A program made the position numbers and the translations under genes. Positions 53,440 through 64,000 of a stretch of 64,000 nucleotides of DNA are shown in pieces (the first letter of the stretch is position 1; each line of letters starts with the position of its first letter). Location: assembly GCA_012295275.1 (NCBI GenBank), contig CM022667.1, forward strand, positions 17,050,001 to 17,114,000, read 5' to 3'. The notes below the pieces were generated by a model that was given only the letters and a program-made list of their open reading frames with translations, was not told where the DNA came from and searched no databases. This stretch comes from Chrysomallon squamiferum. Lineage: Eukaryota; Animalia; Mollusca.

Positions 53440-54050
53440 TACCAGTTTGGAGAATTCTGTAATGTTCAATGTTCGATTACTAATGTGGAGAATTTTTTTT
53501 ATAATATTGTTCAGATTTGTTCTTTGTGTTATAAAGTTATGCTGATATGGAGTATTCATTTTAATAAAGTCTTACAGTAATTCGAAAATTTCATGTTATT
53601 TTAATTTGGAAATTTCATTATCATACAGTGCTGAAATGTATATGGAGGAAGTACTAAAAGATTGTGTTGTGCCAAACTGGAGTGTTATTATAAAATACAG
53701 TGTAATGACTCTATGGAAAAATAATTAAATTACTGTGTAATACCATTCTGGAGAGTTCATTTATAATAAAGTATTACACATATATGGAGCTCTCATTAAA
53801 ATACAGTGTTATAAAAATGTGGAGACTTCATAATAATACTATCTTATACATGTATGGAGTGTTCATTAAAATACAGTTATTAACATGTGGATACTTCCTG
53901 ATAATACTGACTTATACACATAAGGAGCGCCTCATTAAAATACTGAGTTATAACAAGGTGGAGACTTCCCAATAATGCTATGTTATTTACATATGGAGTG
54001 CTTATTTAAATAGAGTGTTATAAAAATGTGGAGACTGATACTGTGTTATT
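53440..54050. repeat. Degenerate minisatellite, ~31/62 bp period
   Basis: Recurrent TGGAG core; TATGGAG..CATTAAAATACAGTGTTATAAAAATGTGGAGACTTC..ATAATACT units. Confidence 0.75.
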
Positions 54051-54066
54051 CTAATTTCAAAAATTG

Positions 54067-54143
<77 letters not shown>

Positions 54144-54596
54144 TTAATAATAAAAAAAGAAACAACATTTTTTTTTTTAGAGAATTTATGGAACAACATT
54201 TCAAACATTTTGGAGTGTAATATTAATTTACAGTGAAATGGAGAATCTTCACATTAACACTGAACTGAGAAAAACGTTAGGAATTTTGTTGCAGAAAAGC
54301 AGCTCAAAAATGTTTTTTCTAAAATATTAAAAATGAAGATCAACACACTTCAAATTAGAATTATACCGAGTTCAACGTAAATAAACGAAATGTTCGGAGT
54401 AGAAAATGGTTTTACAATATTCAGAATATTAATTCATTTTTCAGATGTTGCAAGTCTTATATGTTTTGTGCTGAAGTAAAACTGTCTGATCTTAAATCGG
54501 GAATTTTTTGTCAGTAATAAAATGTCTGTAATTCTTTTATTTACTTTCCCTTCTTTTCCCACCACAAAGAATTGTTTTATTATAAAACGTTTGTAC

Positions 54597-54597
<1 letters not shown>

Positions 54598-54658
<61 letters not shown>

Positions 54659-54687
54659 GTAATAGTAATAGTAATAGTAATAATAAA

Positions 54688-54732
<45 letters not shown>

Positions 54733-54765
54733 TAAAATAAAAATAAATAAATAAATAAATAAAAA
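54598..54765. repeat. (AAT)n/(AATAGT)n/(AAAT)n compound microsatellite
   Basis: Seen directly. Confidence 0.95.
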
Positions 54766-55318
54766 TAATTATAAAAGATAAGAAAAGAAATAGTGTAAAA
54801 TAAAATAAAATATGACAATGGTGTAATTTTATATATTATGCATATTGGAAACTAAAGTTGTTTGTGTTGCTTACGCTCTTTATTTTTATTTATTTATTTT
54901 TCCTGCTGTCTTAATATTATTAAATATATTAAACATGAATATTATAAAATTCAAAAATGATATTCTTCCTTTTTGAAAGTTTCGATCCGGCTTATCAAAT
55001 AACGAACTAAAACATCAGTTCTGATAAACTGGAAATATATTACGTGTAATATTAAGAATTTTTATTTAAAATTTTTACATTATCTAATAATAATAATAAT
55101 AATAATAATAACCGACAACGATAATGTTACAAAAAATAAAATAATAAAAACAACAACAATAATAGTAAAAGTAATAAATCAATAAATAATACAATTACAG
55201 TATAAAATATATTACCTGTTTTATTTCATTTGAAATGAAATAACTCAGATATCACAGTACAACGTGATTAATATTCTCGAATAAAATAAAATAAAGAAGT
55301 TCTAATAAAGTACAATTA

Positions 55319-55384
<66 letters not shown>

Positions 55385-55923
55385 TATTATTATTATTATT
55401 ATTATAAAATTAAAGAAAAAAACATCTGACACACACACGCACACACTCACATACATAATTGTATATATATAAAATCTTCATTTAGTCATCTAATTTTATT
55501 TGCCTTTCCATACTTCAGATGTAATATAAAACTGTTTCTTATCTACATAAAAGTTTTAATATTATTTAGTAAGTTTGTTTATTTTACATTTAAGTCATTT
55601 TTATTTAATTAATTAATTATTTTGTTTGTATATTATTTATTTAGTTATTTATTATTAAAATTCTTTTTTTCTTTTATGTTAAAAAATTCCGAAATTCAAT
55701 ATTCATATTCATATTCATATTATTATTATTGTTATTATTGTAAAATACTAACGCATGTCTGCAACTGTGAAAATTATTGGGTTTAACTGAAATTAATGTA
55801 TTTTACGTACAAAATTAATTATTTACTTTTCTATTTGTTTGTATGTTCAAACGTACGCACGTACGTCTATATATGTATAACTATAAATGTATATATGCAT
55901 AATTATTGTGTATATTAAATATA

Positions 55924-55980
<57 letters not shown>

Positions 55981-56758
55981 GTGCAAAGGCAGTCATAGAG
56001 GCACGTTGGTATACTATTATGATAAATCATTATTAGAAAGAAAAAAAAAATACGAAGAACGAGAAAGATAGACAGCTAAAGAGAACGACAGACAGACAGA
56101 AACATAGGTAATTTTTAGAAATAAAATACATCATTATTAGACAGACAGTGTCGACTGAAGAATCTTTTCGTACGTTATTAGAAACACGTGTACCCGGCTC
56201 AGTCTGTTAAACTCTTTATTTCATTATCTCCAGCAACAATGCAAAAACTTTTATCTGCATTTACGTAAAGTCGAGAAGACGATTTCCAAACAGAATCTGA
56301 TTAGTTCATTATAGACAATATTTTCTGTGAAAACATACGTTAATTATCGAAAAACACGCGGTCTTGTTACGGTTAATGGCTGTCTGCTGCTTCAGCGAGA
56401 GAGATTGTGATTGCTGTAGTGACGTCATACAGTCAGACCCTAATAGAAAATTATTGGTATTTTTTGATATAGTAGGAACTGATAGGTAGCAGTGGCGTTT
56501 GTTGAAATTAATGCGGGGATGAAACAATGACAGACAGTGATCATTATTTACCAATTGTAGTTGTAGTGATAGTAGTAGTAGTAATACTGGTGGTAGTAGT
56601 ATTAGTAGTATCATCAGTAATTTCAGCATATTTCTAGTAGTAATACTAGTAGAAGTATTAGTAATAGTAACCATAATAGTAAAAGAAGTTACAATAACAA
56701 TTATAATAATAATATTAAACTGAGTAGCATAAATATATACGCACATATGCATACATAC

Positions 56759-56818
<60 letters not shown>

Positions 56819-57109
56819 GTATAATTACATATTAACATATAACAAAGAAGATATTAGACAACACAGAATGTGAAACCTTTGAAGTAAATTAACGTATTTG
56901 TTTATGACATGATATTACTTTATAAAAGAAATTTTCCTATGATCATTTTTCACGCAGTCTGCTAAATCAAAGGTGGGGATATTTACATTCATTACTTTTT
57001 CCTTTATTTTTACACCAGTCTTTGCGTCAAATTTAACGTCATAAAAAGAATAAAAGAAAAAGAAGAAGAAAAATTAAAATCCCTTAGTCATTTTGTGTTG
57101 TTTGCGCCC

Positions 57110-57171
57110 CGAACGGGTAGTTCAGTCGGACCTCCAAGATACGGAGCGCGTTCGGTTCAAACGTTCGTTCG
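57110..57171 (+). ncRNA. tRNA-like cloverleaf element (not a canonical tRNA)
   Basis: Manual fold: CGAACGG/TCGTTCG, GTTC/GGAC, CTCC/GGAG, GCGTT/AACGT; A-box-like TAGTTCAGTCGG and B-box-like GGTTCAAAC. Confidence 0.25.
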
Positions 57172-57678
57172 CTTGAATAAACACGCCTTTAAACGTTGAG
57201 TGACGTTTGAATTAAGACAGCAAATTGGTTCCAGTGACATTTCCTTTGAAAACGGGAATTTTGGATGATCTAAGAAAACATGCTGTCGTGTTATAATGTC
57301 AGGGCAAACTGTTAAAAAAGCTACAAGCTCTGACAGGTTCTAGTTAACACGATTAAACCCCGTCTGCATCTCTCTTACCTGTAGAAAATGAACACTGAAC
57401 TCAGGTGATCTACAGGCAGGTGTTTCGGGCTTGTTAAGATGTAGAATAATAATAATAATAATAATAACAACAACAACAACAACAATAATAATCAAAAACA
57501 AAATCATAATCATAGTAGTGTAGTAATAGTTGTTGTTCTAATAGTAGTACCTTAAAAAAAATAATAACACTAAAATAGAAAAACAGTACAAACAATAATG
57601 ATAATAACAAGCAATAACAACCAAACAGCAATAGCAATACTATTAAATATAATAATAATACTGATGATGATGATAATA

Positions 57679-57722
<44 letters not shown>

Positions 57723-58240
57723 TGTAGCAATATTATACAGTTCATATACGGTTTGCTAATCTTATCTGAAATAACGTTAAAATATTTATTCGGAATAAAT
57801 ATTTTTGTGTGTTTATGCTAGTGCTTTTGTACGGTTTACTTTTAACAGTTAGGATTTCTCTGACATATTTTTATAGTGCACTTTTCACTGTATCATATAA
57901 AATTTGAAATATCATTAACACATTTTATTTTTTTTTTTTTTAAAATACTTACCTGAAAAGCAAATTAAAAAAAAAAAAAACTTGTTTCGCTACATGCTAA
58001 TAAATACATCCCAGTGTGTCTGTAAATAGCAACGCGGACAGAAATACTGACGTCATTGCCATTGTTGACGTAATTACTATTATTGACGTTATCGATGTCG
58101 TTATAATTCTAAAAATTAAGACCTTTGTTCGTGTAATGTAATTTTTCGCCAGCCTGAGCATAAAACAGGATATTTGAGTAGAGGTATAATTTTTCTTTAA
58201 TTAATATCAAATTGCTTTTGTGTAACTAACTTTAATTATG

Positions 58241-58242
<2 letters not shown>

Positions 58243-58333
<91 letters not shown>
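58243..58333. repeat. (TC)n microsatellite
   Basis: Seen directly; similar AG/TC tracts at 55927-55979, 56761-56816, 60196-60271, 62007-62095. Confidence 0.95.
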
Positions 58334-58336
<3 letters not shown>

Positions 58337-59605
58337 CACATAATACATTCCCACGATACGCCCACACAAAACACTCACAAAATAAACAGAACAAATTCAT
58401 CAGTTAATCACTGCACAACATCATTAAAAACAACTTTACGTTATTAGCTGGCATATATTATTTTTATAAATAAAATAATCATCATGACGAAAAGCTTTTG
58501 TTTAATAATAAAATATTTGCCAAATTATTGTTACGAATCTCAGCAAGTTCAAGCATCGGTGACAAATCCAGCGCTGAATCAAGGGTAGAGAACATGTTGC
58601 ATCCGAAAACCGCTTAACCATTAATCATGAATAAACATGAAGTATTTTGGATAAATATGAATTATGTCTATTAACTACACAATTGAGGCTTCTTGATATA
58701 AGAATTCAATTTCTTGTATCTGAATAATGACTTTAGTCAAATTAAAGATTTTCATTGTGAGTGAACAGAGAAGCGGGTTTCACCTGGGAAATCGTTTTGG
58801 AACCGCCACAGGAAATTTAATTCACACGTAATGGGAGGTTTTGTTTTTGCGTGCCAATGACGATGACGAGTCGATTTGTCGTCAGAGGTTTTCATATCTG
58901 ACGCGCACGTCCGTCGTCGCTTCGTCCTGGTGTCCGTCCACGTTGACGTGCTGAGTGACAGCTGTATTGTTCAGTGATGACAGGATGCAGGGGAGTGACG
59001 TGTTATTGTTCTGTTAGTCATTCGTGTGACACAAGACAGATGCCGATACCACACAAAGACAATGCGTATATGTGTGAGTGTGAGTGTCTGTGTGTGTGTG
59101 TGTGTATATGTGTGTGTTTGAGTATGCGTATATATGTATAATATATTTGTGTTTTGAGTGTATGTCTGTTTCAGTGTGTGTGTGTGTGCGCGCGCGTGTG
59201 TGTGTGTGTGTGTGTGCTCATCTGTGTCGGTATGTACATTTTATATGTGGATGTATGAGTTTGATTGAAAGAGATAAAAATTAGTTTTTGTTTATTTGCT
59301 TTTATTCTCTATTTGTGAGAGAAATACAAACTAATACCAAAGAACAAAACAAGAAATACACAAGAAAAAGAAAATGTATTTAGTGCGTAGTAATCGAGTA
59401 TAAATTCAATTAATCAGATACAACAGATTTTATAGGAGAAGAAAGACAGTAATATGGACAGTAATTTACCCAAACAGGAAAAGATATTCAAAAAGTAAGC
59501 ATTAGTGACACGTCATTAATGAAAGATATAACAGAAACATTTCTTCGATAACACGTTAAACATCTGCGCTTTTAAAACACAGTTTTACAAATATGTATTT
59601 GCGTT

Positions 59606-59629
59606 TGTGTGTGTGTGTGTGTGTTTGTT

Positions 59630-59675
<46 letters not shown>

Positions 59676-59677
59676 TT

Positions 59678-59758
<81 letters not shown>
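59606..59758. repeat. (TG)n microsatellite, interrupted
   Basis: Seen directly. Confidence 0.95.
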
Positions 59759-59761
<3 letters not shown>

Positions 59762-60191
59762 AATGTCAATACTGCTGCAATCGGACGCTATCGAACTCCT
59801 GCAGAAAATGGGTATACGGTTTCTTCTTTCTTTCTTTTTCTTTTTTTCCACTTTACATTAATCTGTCTCTAAAATCTTTAAAACGACCGAGCTCTCGGCG
59901 GGATACGTTTAAGCCATTAGAAGAGAAAGAACGCAGATGTTGAACGTTTTAGATTCATTTTGTGACCCATGTTATACGATTTACGTTACGCATTACTTTT
60001 CACTGGTTCGCTGAACCGAACATACATAGTCGTAAAATAATGTTTGTGGTCAGTAACGATGTGTAATCTACACCGGAAAGTAAGTACAGGAAAAGGTCAG
60101 TGGAGGTTATGTGAGGTCATACATATGACTTCAGCACCGCTGGGGGGGGGGAGAAATAATAATAATAATAATAATAATAATATACAGAAAC

Positions 60192-60274
<83 letters not shown>

Positions 60275-62004
60275 ACCTTAGAAAAACATTCATTTAAAAA
60301 CGGTCTAGTGTCCACCGTAGATGAGAAAACAAAACTAGCAGAAACAAGCAAAGAGATAAACAATCGCGTAACTTTAAGTTTTTCAGTCGGTGTCGATCAA
60401 TTTAATACTAAATAAAAATCTTTTTTATTTTTTTCTCTCTTTTTACTGTTATCTATTTGTTATATTTTGAAATAAGCATTATGTTTAGCTTGTCTGGAAA
60501 GGCTGGATAAAATACATCATATCCTGGAATATAACTTTATTATTCGATATAACAGGTTAAAAATATTAATTTTTTGGTTTTTGCAGGAATTTTAACATCA
60601 TAAAAAGAATACTTTAAAATTAAATTTCAAGTGTAAAATATTTTTCTTTTGCTGTCAACAAAATTAAGGTTTCTGTGAACAGTTCTTTGAGACAGCCATA
60701 CCAAACCGACTGTAACGTTGGAACTGTTAGATACATTTATTTAAATTTCTACATCATTTGAAAGAAAAATTAATTCACCATATAAAACTGTAAATTTCTC
60801 TAAAAAAGTTTTAAATGTGTGTGATTTTTTTGGAGAATGGGGTCACACATCATAAAGCTCGCGTAAATGCAATATGTTCTTTTTATTAATAAAGTTATTT
60901 TTGCTTTATCGCACGTTTATGTTTTCAGTATAAATATTTTTCTTTTGCTCGTTTTCTTGAAAAATGTACTTTCTCGTAAATCAGCGTAAAGTCAAAACTG
61001 TGATGTTACACACGAAAGCGTTAATATGTCAGTGAAACAACAAACAAACAAACACAAACATCTGCAAATTTTGTCTTCAAACAATTTCGTTTTATAATCA
61101 TCGCAGGGAAGCCATGAACCGATGTACTTTGATGTTGCGCCAAAGCATATGTTTGCACACAGTTCGTTCGTTTTGGCGCGCGCCACTGCACGAGCAAAAG
61201 GGCCTGTTCTCGCGCGGTGCGACATCTGGTGATTAAATGAAGACGTATTTCACTTCTGCTTGTGCGATTATTAGTTTTTTCAAATATTGGGTCATTAGTA
61301 ATAATGCGTATGTTATGACACGGATATGAAATAATTCTATGTAGAAAATGTGTTCAGCACGCAAACTGTTGACAGATGGGGTATTTTCGTAGTCCTCTTC
61401 GGGATGTATCTGCTTCATCCGCCAGATCTCTCGACCATTGCCACCGATGTGTTTCCGTGTGTTGCCTTTTCACGTACGCTTTATGGGGACTGGTGCATAT
61501 TAAAAACCAATCTTGCGTTAGTTATGGGGAAGTTGCAACGTGACAATGCGTATTAAGTGCATGTGTTTATTATTTTTGAAGAAGCTGTTTATGCACGTAC
61601 AAGTCCAATTTTTTCCCCGTTTGCGACAATTTTTATTAAAGACCACACGAATGGTGAATCGAAAAACAGTGACGATTTATCGCCCGGCTTTGTCATAATG
61701 ACCGACGTGCAACCGTGAAAAAGATTATTTTTGCGATTATTATGAACTTTTATTTCATTATCAGGCATCACAGAAAAACCATCAGCCATTTTTTTTCTTT
61801 ATCTTTTTCCTCTTTTGTTGAGTTCGTTGTTTTATTTTGCTTTTCACTGTTTTTTATTCTTTGTTTCTTTTCACGGTTTGTTTTATTTAGTTAAGGTTTT
61901 ATTTTTTTTAAATATCATCAACATATGTTACATTACCAACCTTCGCCAAAAACTCATTAGTATTTGTTGTTTACAATTTATTTATTTTCTTTTTTTTTTT
62001 TTCG

Positions 62005-62097
<93 letters not shown>

Positions 62098-62340
62098 AGC
62101 TCTCTCATTTGTTTTTTGTTTTTTTGTGTGGTGACTTTTATTGTTTCACTTTTCAAGAATAAAATTAATTTTTAATATGTTATCTCCGAAAAGATATAAA
62201 CAGTATTTTTGTTTTCTTTCTTCCCTTTCTGTTTGTATCATTTTATCCTCTTCATTTCTTTCTTGGAAAATCAAATTTTAATATAGTAATAAAACGTCTA
62301 TAAAATAATATTTGTTCTTATTTTTAATGTTCAGTTCTGC

Positions 62341-62344
<4 letters not shown>

Positions 62345-62394
<50 letters not shown>

Positions 62395-62456
62395 TTGTTT
62401 GTTTGTTTGTTTGTTTGTTTGTTTGTTTGTTTGTTTGTTTGTTTGTTTGTTTGTTT
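62345..62456. repeat. (ATTT)n(GTTT)n compound microsatellite
   Basis: Seen directly; (AAAT)n also at 62900-62992 and 63841-64000. Confidence 0.95.
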
Positions 62457-62934
62457 AGTTCGATTTATATGGTTTCATTCCGAGTTTTGAGAATTCTGCA
62501 AAACGGTACTATATACTATAGCTTTTAGTACATCACGGTTAAATTCGATATGATGCAACTGAACAAAACAGAAAACTGTGCTCCAAATGTTATGATCACC
62601 GGTACCGCTCTTTATATTAATTTTATTTTTCCATATTTCTCGATGTTTCTTCTTCTTCTTCTTCTTTTTATTTAGTTTTTTTTTTAGTTTTTTTTTTCTT
62701 CAGCACAAATATTGTCAAGAATAATTCAAATACAGTTACACTCAAACAAATCACAACAAAAGAAACAAAAGCCTCGCATTGAAGCAATCGTGACGAGCGC
62801 AAATGACCCCAAAAGACCGGGTTACCATGCACTAAAAGTGAAATCGTCGATAGTAATTTGCTGGCGACAAAGAATAACGCGATATGATCTGAGGGCGTAT
62901 AAATAAATAAATAAATAAATAAATAAATGAATGA

Positions 62935-62970
<36 letters not shown>

Positions 62971-63441
62971 ATGAATAAATAAATGAATAAATGAAGAAAG
63001 GTTTTATATTTGTTATTAGTATGCATAATAGTTATTGCCGTTGTTAGTATTATAAATCCATGATCAAGAACAAAATTATCTTAGTAAATTAAAATACGAT
63101 TTAATGAAGTCAGTGATTAATGATAAAAACATTTTTTAAAATGTGAGTGAAATTATGACAAAAACCGATTAATTCTGGCAGTTTAAATCACTATTAAATA
63201 ATGAAAAAATATATTAATATTAACATTATATCCTTTAAAAGAATAAGTAAAATCTGCAAATGGTTCGCAAGGTAAATGTTAGATGTAAATAAATATCCCC
63301 TATAGCCAAATCATATTTAACACACAATCTAAAATATTATTAAAATCTTAACAAACCAACTAAATTAATGAATTAATAAAGAATAACATCAGAAATAATA
63401 AAAAATATAAAAAAAAGAACTAACTAAATAAAAAAATTATT

Positions 63442-63500
<59 letters not shown>

Positions 63501-63877
63501 TAGAAAGCAATAAAACAAAAATCCTAATCAACTGAAAAAAAAAAATAATAATAATAAAAAAAACAGTAAAAACAGTTTTAATATATCGAATATATAATAA
63601 AAAAAAACAATACACAAATTATATTTAAATTATTTTATTAATTATGAAAACAACAATATTTAATGTTCTCTCCTTGAACAGAATTTTACGAGATATTTAT
63701 TTCAGTTAGTAAATACCGAAACTGATACGAGAACCACATTTGACAGAAGTAAATAACTGAAATAAACATTGAAGTTCAGAAAATGTCACGCTCATAGTTA
63801 TCACTAAATGTTTTTGGGTTTTTCCGAAACAAAGACACAAAAATAAATAAAATAAAATAAAATAAAATAAAATAAAA

Positions 63878-63908
<31 letters not shown>

Positions 63909-63931
63909 ATTAATTAATAATAAATAAAAAA

Positions 63932-63986
<55 letters not shown>

Positions 63987-64000
63987 AATAAAATAAAATA

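Noticed and set aside
46000-64000. Many 60-150 aa ORFs
   Set aside because: Translations of microsatellites and AT-rich low-complexity DNA (poly-I/L/N/Y, SL, ER, HT, CV); no domains or consistent exon chain.

Overview
AT-rich, microsatellite-rich animal genomic DNA with GT-AG introns; an invertebrate, possibly a mollusc or other lophotrochozoan (inference). I assembled five intron-containing genes by hand, with splice phases consistent throughout: CENP-L (minus, 11 coding exons, ~345 aa), head-to-head with CTDP1/FCP1 (plus, 6 exons, ~973 aa); a TPR-SET(MYND)-postSET-MYND SMYD-type methyltransferase (plus, 3 coding exons, ~737 aa); an unrecognised minus-strand gene joining two SAM domains to a retropepsin-like (clan AA, DSG motif) aspartic protease and a long disordered tail (5 exons, ~670 aa); and GMDS (plus, 11 exons, ~361 aa), head-to-head with the SAM-protease gene. 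The window also has a non-autonomous hAT element with TIRs and a TSD, several minisatellites, and an ~18 kb gene-free tail with CpG-rich islands, one of which can be folded into a 62-nt cloverleaf. The SAM-SAM-aspartic protease is the best candidate for an undescribed system. All calls rest on manual translation and recalled motifs; no searches were run.
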